DNA of 64,000 bases from a virus (IMGVR_UViG_3300020577_003668:41546-105545); one strand, 5' to 3'. Numbered from the stretch's first letter, positions 8,377 through 15,773 are shown. The notes: generated by a model from the letters alone, not told the origin. A program made the numbers and translations.

Positions 8377-8456
8377 ACGACTGTACCTCAACGCTCTTCT
8401 AAAGCGTAGCAGAGTAAGTGGAGTCAATGTAGGTTCGAATCCTATCAGTCGTGCCA
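8377..8456 (+). tRNA. Atypical tRNA-Arg(UCU)-like RNA (no D arm before the anticodon arm)
   Basis: Acceptor acgactg/cagtcgt + GCCA; ASL acgct-CTTCTAA-agcgt only 7 nt after the acceptor; T arm gtagg-ttcgaat-cctat. Confidence 0.8.
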
Positions 8457-8470
8457 AATATTACGTATAC

Positions 8471-8546
8471 GCCTCGTTAACTCAATGGATAGAGTACTGC
8501 GCTCCTATCGCAATAGTTAGTCGTTCGATTCGACTACGAGGCTCCA
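8471..8546 (+). tRNA. tRNA-Arg(CCU)
   Basis: gcctcgt/acgaggc + TCCA; loop CT-CCT-AT. Confidence 0.9.
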
Positions 8547-9233
8547 TCCTTTAGTGCTTTTAGCCTTTCCATTTAATACTTCGTTAAGGTGAGAATTACT
8601 CAAGTTATAGGCTCTAGCAATTTCACTAATATTGGTTATATTACTAATAATTTCCCCCGTTTTATTATTTATAATGGCGGGATATACTTTACCCTTTGCG
8701 ATGGTATTACGAGTAACTAATCTATTGGTGGTATTAAGCTGTGTATACTTTTCAGGAAACTTATCAGATAACCAAGTATGGCGTTTTCCTAGATTAATAT
8801 CTCTAACTAAAGACACATTAGTCTCTGTAATATCTGCTATTTCTTGATATAGTAATTCTGGCATTTCGGTAAGATAGTAAAATATTTCTATAATTGTATC
8901 GTTATCAAATTTAGAGCCAGGATGACTATCACCTACTAGCCCTTTACCGTTACATACTTTATTTCTACTATTAAGACCCGAATTATAGGAATCGTATTTA
9001 CTAATCATTAGCTCCTCTAAGTTATCTAATTCATGTTCTAAACATTCAGTCAATATTTCATAGGTAAATGGGCCGTACCTATTATATGCGTCCTGTAACT
9101 TAATGCTAGAAGCTCCTCCCTTAAGTTTTGTTTTATGCGAACTAATTCTACGCTCTATATTTACCGCTTGTCCGATATAGACACTATCTGAACCTTTAAA
9201 CCTCAAAATATAAATACCACATGTCATTTTCAA
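8517..9233 (-). CDS. GIY-YIG homing endonuclease
   Basis: CGIYILR..VYIGQ..RR..H..E..GLN; AT-rich; has its own promoter. Confidence 0.92.
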   Translation of the reverse strand: MKMTCGIYILRFKGSDSVYIGQAVNIERRISSHKTKLKGGASSIKLQDAYNRYGPFTYEILTECLEHELDNLEELMISKYDSYNSGLNSRNKVCNGKGLVGDSHPGSKFDNDTIIEIFYYLTEMPELLYQEIADITETNVSLVRDINLGKRHTWLSDKFPEKYTQLNTTNRLVTRNTIAKGKVYPAIINNKTGEIISNITNISEIARAYNLSNSHLNEVLNGKAKSTKGWSLVVESND

Positions 9234-9237
9234 CCTC

Positions 9238-9282
9238 CTTATGTTATCCTATAATTATATAGTTTTAGGATAACATAAGCAA
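9238..9282 (-). promoter_or_regulatory. Promoter inside a 14-bp inverted repeat reaching the RBS
   Basis: TTGCTT-17-TATAAT; cttatgttatccta/taggataacataag. Confidence 0.8.
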
Positions 9283-9313
9283 GTGGAAAATTTTTGACCC
9301 TGGACCAATTAAA

Positions 9314-10147
9314 ATGAATGATTTTCATAAGCATTTCCCTGCTAATACTAAGGGAAGAGATTTCGTGGTTGGCGACCTTCATGGTAGCCTATCTATTCTT
9401 GAGCACATGCTTAAGGAACTTAATTTTAACGAACAAACAGATCGCCTGTTTAGCGTAGGCGACATTGTAGATCGCGGGCCGGATAGTATAGGTTGTCTAC
9501 GTTTGCTACGTAAGCCTTGGTTCCACGCTATCATGGGGAATCATGAAGACATGATGCTTCGTGGGCTATCTGGAGAAGATTTGGGCCTGTGGCTAGCTAA
9601 CGGTGGGAATTGGTACATTTACCTTACTCGTGACGACGTGTATGATACTAAAGATTTGTGCATTGAGCATGTACAGCATCTGCCTTTTGCAGCTACTGTT
9701 GATATGACAGACGGCCGCAAGTTCCATCTAGTACATGCTGAGTTTGATAACGTTGAGCCGATCAACGACAATGATCTTGCGCAGCGTATGCCGGAACTAA
9801 TGAATGAGTTTTCTTTCGATGGTCCATTTCCTCTTTGGGGGCGTAAGCTATTTGAACTTATTTTTTGGCGCGATTTAAGTGCTAAAGATATAGAGGAATA
9901 CGTGGTGCAGATGAACAGCTTTAGGGCTATGGAACACTTTGGTAATCTGTCCACTATTTTCTCAGGACATACTCCAGTTCGTAAGCCAACACAAATTGGT
10001 CCCCAGATTAATCTGGATACCTTTGGGTACAGAGCATATGAAGGTATGGAAGATGCGGCTCTAACTATCGCAGAGCCCTTTACAGGCAAGTTCTGGTCGT
10101 CAACCGGCGGTCCAGTGGTCGAAGTTAACAAATTGGTAATCGTATGA
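9314..10147 (+). CDS. Serine/threonine protein phosphatase (NinI/PphA-like)
   Basis: GDLHG, GDIVDRGPDS, GNHE, GHTP motifs. Confidence 0.93.
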   Translation: MNDFHKHFPANTKGRDFVVGDLHGSLSILEHMLKELNFNEQTDRLFSVGDIVDRGPDSIGCLRLLRKPWFHAIMGNHEDMMLRGLSGEDLGLWLANGGNWYIYLTRDDVYDTKDLCIEHVQHLPFAATVDMTDGRKFHLVHAEFDNVEPINDNDLAQRMPELMNEFSFDGPFPLWGRKLFELIFWRDLSAKDIEEYVVQMNSFRAMEHFGNLSTIFSGHTPVRKPTQIGPQINLDTFGYRAYEGMEDAALTIAEPFTGKFWSSTGGPVVEVNKLVIV

Positions 10148-10435
10148 AAGAAACCCCAGAAGAACGTGAAGAACGTAAGCAACGTGAAAAGGATCGTCGC
10201 AATGCCAGACGTACAAAACGACCTCCGGTGGAAGAAGCCGTTCAACTGGGATGAGTTGTTAAGTTCCACCATTAGGTGGAACGACGACTTACCAGAAGTA
10301 GTGCATCTTGATGCTGACGAAGAAGAATGGAAGGCTGGCTGGAATCAGTATTGTTTAGCCGCAGGTCTTCTGCAGGATACTGATTGGGCAGGATTAGAAA
10401 ACGAGACTTGCGGGCCCGAATTGATTGTTCTATAA
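10144..10435 (+). CDS. Hypothetical protein, apparently frameshifted near 10250
   Basis: ATGA-coupled MKETPEEREERK... frame stops at 10254; removing one G of GGG joins it to the DELLSS... frame. Confidence 0.5.
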
Positions 10436-10460
10436 TAGATATTCGATTGGGGGAAACAGC

Positions 10461-10637
10461 ATGATTAATCAAGCCACACTAAACCAAGTTAATTTGCTTA
10501 CTACTAAGCAACTTATTAAGCAGATTAAATCTGCTATTTCTTTCGAGGAAAAGCATCCGGAATTTAAGCATGGTTGGCACAACGAATACGTCCAGCATAT
10601 GAAGATGATTCTAGCTAACCGTATAGGAAAGAAATAG
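10461..10637 (+). CDS. Hypothetical protein
   Basis: Follows promoter 10408-10436 and a GGGGGA RBS. Confidence 0.65.
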   Translation: MINQATLNQVNLLTTKQLIKQIKSAISFEEKHPEFKHGWHNEYVQHMKMILANRIGKK

Positions 10638-10638
10638 T

Positions 10639-10836
10639 ATGGCTAGTGGATATACAAAAGACTTTCTAGTATCGGCTTTTCTAAGTCGATACTACTCGCT
10701 TCCAGAAGATAAGTTTGACGCACTGGAAAAGATGGCTAATAGTTTCTATGATGAAGTGGGGCGCGACAAGTTCCGCGTTTCGTGCTCTCTAGATGCTGAT
10801 GCTATCAAGACCGCTAAAAATTCTGGCTTGATCTGA
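10639..10836 (+). CDS. Hypothetical protein
   Basis: Coupled ORF. Confidence 0.7.
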   Translation: MASGYTKDFLVSAFLSRYYSLPEDKFDALEKMANSFYDEVGRDKFRVSCSLDADAIKTAKNSGLI

Positions 10837-10856
10837 TTGGTCTTTATCTATATAAT
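10828..10856 (+). promoter_or_regulatory. sigma70-type promoter heading a 1-kb non-coding block
   Basis: TTGATC-17-TATAAT. Confidence 0.8.
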
Positions 10857-10877
10857 AGATATATCGGATGGGAAAAC

Positions 10878-11160
10878 AAGCCAAGCGCATAGATGTTATA
10901 TCGAACGTGTAACTCATAGCATTCCTATCCTACAGCCGTTACTGCTTAGGCTTGATTAAGCTGCTCCCTGACTTCGTGGAGTGAAAGTTGTCCTTAATGG
11001 GAGACTAAACCATTAAGTCTGAATACTACTAGAAGTAGTTTACGCAGAGAAACGAAACACTGCCACCTATAGGACACACGTATTTGTGTTCTTTGTGAGA
11101 GCATGATCCGATGGTATCTGTATCGCTAACTCTAACGCTGGCCAGCATAGTGTTCAGACT
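10878..11160 (+). ncRNA. Putative structured ncRNAs
   Basis: Closing stems aagcc/ggctt and aagtctgaatacta/tagtgttcagactt; ORF-free. Confidence 0.45.
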
Positions 11161-11164
11161 TAAT

Positions 11165-11251
11165 GGGACCCTTTCCTGCCGGGAGTCTGTAAAACTCTTG
11201 CTATATAAGGCGGGTTGGCTGCGTGAGGATCGAAACCTCGGGGGCCCACCA
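11165..11251 (+). tRNA. Atypical tRNA-Tyr(GUA)-like RNA (rearranged arms)
   Basis: gggaccc/ggggccc + ACCA; ASL gggagt-CTGTAAA-actctt nested in cctgcc/ggcggg; T arm tgagg-atcgaaa-cctcg. Confidence 0.8.
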
Positions 11252-11252
11252 G

Positions 11253-11528
11253 AATGTGGCTGTTGAATAGGGTGCCTTTACCGGCAATTCAACATAAGTG
11301 AGACTAACAATTGGCAGTGGACATGCCTTACAGCGCACGTTAGACCTTTCCTAGTTGAGCCCATTAGTTAAATCTAAGAGTTATGAGCATGTTACTTAGG
11401 ATCAAAACGGCTCGCCTGCCCCGGGCGCTATTCTAGATGTTCTCTAGGGGACGTATAGCAAGTACGAAGAAGTGCTCACCCGCTGGTTTAACGCGGTAAT
11501 CCAGCCCCAGGACGCGCGGTAACCTGGA
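11253..11528 (+). ncRNA. Putative structured ncRNA ending in a ccaggac..gtaacctgg hairpin
   Basis: ORF-free, multiple hairpins; 3' motif shared with 12634-12652. Confidence 0.5.
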
Positions 11529-11656
11529 ACTATAAATTAGTATACTTAGGCTATGCAGAGAATGTTATAAAGCCTAGTGACCACAAAGCTGGTAGTATAC
11601 TAACTTATAGTTAGAGAGTAATTAACTTTAACTGTAGCTGGGAGTCATGAACCTAG

Positions 11657-11753
11657 TGATCCGTGGTGATGAAATGGCAAACATAGGCCCCCGATAGGGT
11701 CGGCGTAGCTAAATAACGCTTGCAGGTATCGTAGTCCTGCCCACAATGGATCA
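11657..11753 (+). pseudogene. Degenerate type II tRNA-like RNA
   Basis: D arm gatgaaatggcaaacat, 6-nt anticodon loop ccgata, variable arm, enlarged T loop, closed tgatcc/ggatca end, no CCA. Confidence 0.6.
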
Positions 11754-11855
11754 ATTATATTTTAGCAGTTTACCTCTACCAGTCCAGCTGGCTCGGTAGG
11801 ATAAGTACGGATAAAGAAGAGGTCCGTGCCTGCTAAAATATAATTAGGAATAGTA

Positions 11856-12209
11856 ATGAAAGAAGAGTTTCCAAGACAACTAACTGAGGACTACTACGAC
11901 GATGGTAGAGGTCCGTCATTGACCTATCACGGGTACAATCTGTATAAAACCTGTATCGCGTGTCCTGAACAGTACGACGTGTTTAAGGATGGAAAGCTTG
12001 TAGGATATATTAGGCTTCGTGGTGGTTGGCTTCAGGCTTTTTGCCCTGATGTTTTCCTTGAGCGAGTTTACTTCCACGAGTTTCCTAACGACGAGTGGAA
12101 GGGTTGCTTTGAAACTGACGAAGAACAGGACTACTATCTAGAGTACGTAATCATAGCGATTGATGATTGGGTACGAAAAAACGAACTTGAATCGCAAAGC
12201 CTTTCTTGA
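11856..12209 (+). CDS. Hypothetical phage protein
   Basis: TCIACPEQYDVF..VGYIRLR, a recurrent phage pattern; AGGA RBS. Confidence 0.8.
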   Translation: MKEEFPRQLTEDYYDDGRGPSLTYHGYNLYKTCIACPEQYDVFKDGKLVGYIRLRGGWLQAFCPDVFLERVYFHEFPNDEWKGCFETDEEQDYYLEYVIIAIDDWVRKNELESQSLS

Positions 12210-12227
12210 TATAATAATTGTTCGATA

Positions 12228-12652
12228 TGTGATAATACCAAGCATACCGCTGAGGTACAAGGCGTAGTATGTTAGCCGGATCGCAAGACGCAAAACGAGT
12301 AATGCGGCGCACTCGGGTATATTTACTAGAGGATGAGCGCTCTAGTATCTTAATGTAGCTTCGATACCCAGGAAGACTGGTCACGGTCCTGGCAGTAATA
12401 TGTGACCGTCTACAGACCCAGAGTTGAGTTTACAACTCTTCAAAAAGAAAACTGGTGGAACAGTCTAACTATCGACATTAAATTTAGTCAATCTGTGAAA
12501 CACCAGGTTGGTCCCGACAGTCGCAAGTCTTTAACACGCGAGTAGGTAATATGTCTGACTATTCCGTCGAAAGATACGGTGCATTGGGGAAGACACGCTT
12601 TAAGCTGCTAACAGGCGTTTTCTATTGAGTTAGCCCAGGACCGAGTAACCTG
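12228..12652 (+). ncRNA. Putative large structured ncRNA(s)
   Basis: Downstream of promoter 12187-12215; ORF-free; possible pseudoknot ccagga/tcctgg with ggtcac/gtgacc. Confidence 0.5.
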
Positions 12653-12786
12653 GACCTTTATACGAAGTAATTAAGGCTGGACGGATACGACGTACTTGAA
12701 CTACGTCCGATAACGACCGCTGAGAATTGGTTGGTCCCTTTTCTACAGCTTCTAGCACGACCACTTAGTTGCTTCCTATAAAGGTT
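12653..12786 (+). ncRNA. Stem-clamped RNA carrying a Ser(UGA) anticodon stem-loop
   Basis: acctttata.gaagtaattaag/cttagttgcttc.tataaaggt clamp; gacgta-CTTGAAC-tacgtc at 12689-12707. Confidence 0.55.
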
Positions 12787-12794
12787 TTGAATTA

Positions 12795-12899
12795 CCCTGT
12801 ATTGCTAATATTGGTAAAGAGCGACCCTTATAAAGTCGTAGTAAGCACTCAATAGATAATTGAGCTTCAATCTTGGTTCGATTCCAAGTGCAGGGACCA
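12795..12899 (+). tRNA. tRNA-Ile(UAU) with very long variable arm
   Basis: ccctgta/tgcaggg + ACCA; loop CT-TAT-AA; ~33-nt variable region. Confidence 0.85.
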
Positions 12900-12903
12900 C
12901 AAC

Positions 12904-12966
12904 AGGCGAAAAGGGTAGCTCCCCTGACAGTGCCTATATCACTGTATAGCCTATCTTATATAGGAA
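12904..12966 (+). promoter_or_regulatory. GAAAAGGGUAGCUCCC pseudoknot motif, copy 1
   Basis: P1 aggc/gcct, P2 ggg/ccc, P3 acagtg/cactgt; loop cctata pairs tatagg at the RBS. Confidence 0.85.
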
Positions 12967-12970
12967 GAGT

Positions 12971-13561
12971 ATGTATACTAAAGAAATAGTCCCATTAAAG
13001 GGCCTAAAAGCTGGCTATGTAATATTCAGAGATCATAGCCACCCCTTAGCCTATGATGATGGCGCTGTATATTTGCACAGACATGTTGCAAGTATTAAGT
13101 TGGGGAGATGGGTTACAAGCGAAGAGTATGTTCATCATATTGATGAAAATAAGTTAAATAATGAACCTTATAATCTAGAAATACTATCTAACTCAGAGCA
13201 TAGTAAGATACATAATCCAAATAATTTAAGTAAGATTATTTGCCCAACATGTAAAAAAGAATTCCAACCCATTAGTTGCAAAATACAATATTGTTCTCCT
13301 AAATGTTACGCAGTAACAACTATTAAAAATACAAAGATAACAAAAGAATTATTAGATGAACTTATACCTAAGACTTCTTGGAGAGATTTAGGTAATATGT
13401 TTGGATATTCAGATAACGGAATAAAGAAGCGTGCTAAGGCTTTAGGGTGTGACACTTCTAATGCAAAGAATAAGCGAATGCCAGCTAGACCGAATGGGGG
13501 GTACACGCTTGATAAGCGTGCTGTACTTGGATCGAAACCAAGAGTTGGTACCAAAGGATAA
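12971..13561 (+). CDS. HNH homing endonuclease
   Basis: YLHRHVA..VHHIDENKLNN..NL..HSKIH plus CxxC..YCS..C. Confidence 0.92.
   Translation: MYTKEIVPLKGLKAGYVIFRDHSHPLAYDDGAVYLHRHVASIKLGRWVTSEEYVHHIDENKLNNEPYNLEILSNSEHSKIHNPNNLSKIICPTCKKEFQPISCKIQYCSPKCYAVTTIKNTKITKELLDELIPKTSWRDLGNMFGYSDNGIKKRAKALGCDTSNAKNKRMPARPNGGYTLDKRAVLGSKPRVGTKG
13480..13553 (+). tRNA. tRNA-Ile(GAU)
   Basis: gccagct/agttggt + ACCA; cacgc-TTGATAA-gcgtg. Confidence 0.88.
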
Positions 13562-13562
13562 T

Positions 13563-13645
13563 GCCCCTGTGACTTATGCAAATTGGCACAGCTACGAGTC
13601 TTAGAAGCTCGGTTTTTCCCGGTTCGAATCCGGGCGGGGGTACCA
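13563..13645 (+). tRNA. tRNA-Leu(UAG), short variable arm, extended acceptor-D linker
   Basis: gcccctg/cgggggt + ACCA; cgagt-CTTAGAA-gctcg. Confidence 0.88.
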
Positions 13646-13705
13646 AATTTTCAGATTGATTTTAGAATCCATCCATAGTATAATTATATTATGGAGGACT
13701 CAAAA

Positions 13706-14329
13706 ATGATCGAAGAATTAGTATACAAAATATGTACAGTAATCGGGGAGGACCCCGATAAAAAAATAAAGAGACCTATAAGAGGTCTACCAGGTATAAC
13801 TGTATTTAGTCTAATAGAGGCGCTATTAGTAGCCGGTACCCTTAATAAGGCTGCTGAATATTTAGGATATACCACCAATCCCGTAAAACAGGCAATTAAA
13901 GAGGTACTAATACCTACCTTTAGTACTAGGCATAAAGAATATGGTAGTGGAGGTGGTCTAACCCCCTGGAAATACGAGTTACTAAAGTGTATTAACTATA
14001 AGTGTTGTGGCCAATGTAATAGAATATTGCCACATAGCGAATATTACTCTAATACGTCTAGAATAGTAGATGGGCTTGCAAGTTTTTGTAAATCGTGTAA
14101 TATAGCTGCTTCAAAATCCCACAAGTATTATATAGTACAAAGAACCCCTTCCTGGTCGGAACTAGACTTAATAGCCGAATTCTATAGAAACTGTCCTATA
14201 GGTTATCACGTAGATCATATATTACCCCTCAGAGGGAATAACGTAAGTGGCTTACACGTATTAAGTAATCTACAATATCTCTCCGCCACAGAAAACATGA
14301 AAAAGGGTAATAAGTTTAGTATTGAATAA
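13706..14329 (+). CDS. HNH homing endonuclease
   Basis: C-terminal HVDHILPLRG..VSGLH..NLQ..EN..KGNK; GGAGG RBS; own promoter 13656-13684. Confidence 0.92.
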   Translation: MIEELVYKICTVIGEDPDKKIKRPIRGLPGITVFSLIEALLVAGTLNKAAEYLGYTTNPVKQAIKEVLIPTFSTRHKEYGSGGGLTPWKYELLKCINYKCCGQCNRILPHSEYYSNTSRIVDGLASFCKSCNIAASKSHKYYIVQRTPSWSELDLIAEFYRNCPIGYHVDHILPLRGNNVSGLHVLSNLQYLSATENMKKGNKFSIE

Positions 14330-14331
14330 TT

Positions 14332-14416
14332 GCCAGAGTGGAGTAACGGTAGCCTCTGCGGACTTAAAATTCGCCGTCCTTGTGGCGTACGGGTTCGATT
14401 CCCGTCTCTGGTACCA
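14332..14416 (+). tRNA. tRNA-Leu(UAA)
   Basis: gccagag/ctctggt + ACCA; loop CT-TAA-AA; long variable arm. Confidence 0.93.
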
Positions 14417-14422
14417 AATAAT

Positions 14423-14498
14423 ACGAAAATAACTCAAATGGCTAGAGTCCCGCCTCTTAAGCGGTGAGATCCTGGTTCGATCCCAGGTTTTCGTACCA
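14423..14498 (+). tRNA. tRNA-Lys(CUU)
   Basis: acgaaaa/ttttcgt + ACCA; loop CT-CTT-AA. Confidence 0.92.
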
Positions 14499-14613
14499 AG
14501 AACAGCGGAGTTGAGACCCGAAAACTAGAACCAACCGTATAAGTTACCTTATACGACTTAGGTGGTCGAATTCTAGCACGATAGTTGAAGCCTTAGACTA
14601 TCCTCTTACGTTT

Positions 14614-14763
14614 CTAAAACCGCGGGCTAGTTTAATAGGAAAAACACCGCGCGCGAAACTCCCTACCCTATGGCAGTATGTACGGTCTGCAGCCGACTAT
14701 ATACGTAAGCAATGGGACATACATGTGAGATACATCTTTCGAAGGATGTGCCCACGGTTTTAG
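14614..14763 (+). ncRNA. tRNA-like RNA with the anticodon arm replaced by a large domain
   Basis: ctaaaaccg.gggc/gccc.cggttttag stem, D arm tagtttaataggaaaaac, T-like arm acatc-tttcgaag-gatgt, no CCA. Confidence 0.6.
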
Positions 14764-14777
14764 GAACTTAACATAAA

Positions 14778-15212
14778 ATGATTACATATACAAAAGGTAA
14801 CGTAGCTTTAGCTAGAGAAGCTCATATTGCTCATGGCTGTAATGCTCAAGGCGTTATGGGTTCTGGCGTAGCTAAGGAAATTCGTAGGCTATACCCTGAT
14901 GCATATACTGCATATCGTATGGCGTACTTGCGTACAGGGCTTGAACTTGGTTCAGTTGTTGTAGCTACTCCTATTGACGGTAAGATCATCTATAACTGCA
15001 TTACTCAGCAGTATTATGGTAATGATGATAAGGTATACGCTTCGTATGAAGCAATTGCTAAATGCTTCGCCTTCATGAACGGTTGGGTAGCGGGCAGAGC
15101 TGCTTTAGCAATTCCACGTATTGGCTGTGGGCTTGGTGGACTTGAATGGGATAAAGTAGAAGCTATTATCTTGAAGGCTGCACGTTACGACGTTGTAGTC
15201 TACGATATTTGA
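14778..15212 (+). CDS. Macro domain protein (ADP-ribose processing, T4 Tk.4-like)
   Basis: AHGCNAQGVMGSGVA and IPRIGCGLGGLEW motifs. Confidence 0.93.
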   Translation: MITYTKGNVALAREAHIAHGCNAQGVMGSGVAKEIRRLYPDAYTAYRMAYLRTGLELGSVVVATPIDGKIIYNCITQQYYGNDDKVYASYEAIAKCFAFMNGWVAGRAALAIPRIGCGLGGLEWDKVEAIILKAARYDVVVYDI

Positions 15213-15267
15213 TCTTGATTTCAGCGCTTAGACAGTATATAATATTGTCTAATCAGTGAGATTTTGA

Positions 15268-15579
15268 ATGACTAAAAAGAGATTTGGCGTGACCGCTATC
15301 ATTTATGATAAGCGTGGTCGGGTTTTGAGTGTTGGTAGTAATAGTTATGTAAAGACCCACCCGCTTCAAGCGGATCACGCTCGTCGTGCCGGGGAACCCA
15401 GTAAGATTTACCTACACGCGGAAATTCATGCGATTACTCGCTGCCGCGACATTTCTAAAGCCTATCGTATGGCTATTTTTAGGTATCTTGAAGATGGTTC
15501 CCCGGCGAGGGCGTGTCCTTGTAATATCTGTCGTAGCGCTATTGACGCTACCCCTATTAAGATTGTTGAGCATACATGA
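15268..15579 (+). CDS. Zinc-dependent nucleotide deaminase fold protein
   Basis: HAE..PCNIC motif; own promoter 15215-15243. Confidence 0.88.
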   Translation: MTKKRFGVTAIIYDKRGRVLSVGSNSYVKTHPLQADHARRAGEPSKIYLHAEIHAITRCRDISKAYRMAIFRYLEDGSPARACPCNICRSAIDATPIKIVEHT

Positions 15580-15773
15580 CCACTAATACTAAAGGTACCC
15601 CCAAGTCTTGTTCGTGTTCCCAATGCCGTAGAGGCAAACACGACGGAGCAAAAGATATTGTAAAAGCAGATGAGCGGGCTTATCGGCACGCTGCAAAAAT
15701 TGCTCTAGCTAATATGGATCTAGAAGAAGGCGTTGTGCTTAATTCTGGGCCCATTGGAAATTACTACGATTAA
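15576..15773 (+). CDS. Hypothetical protein
   Basis: ATGA overlap; CSCSQC motif. Confidence 0.7.
   Translation: MTTNTKGTPKSCSCSQCRRGKHDGAKDIVKADERAYRHAAKIALANMDLEEGVVLNSGPIGNYYD

Noticed and set aside
8391-8407. Amber suppressor (CUA) reading of ttctaaa and a recoded genome
   Set aside because: The perfect stem acgct/agcgt centres UCU, and TAG serves as a normal stop for several genes
9619-10272. 217-aa antisense ORF and similar antisense ORFs over core genes
   Set aside because: Shadow frames of well-supported plus-strand genes
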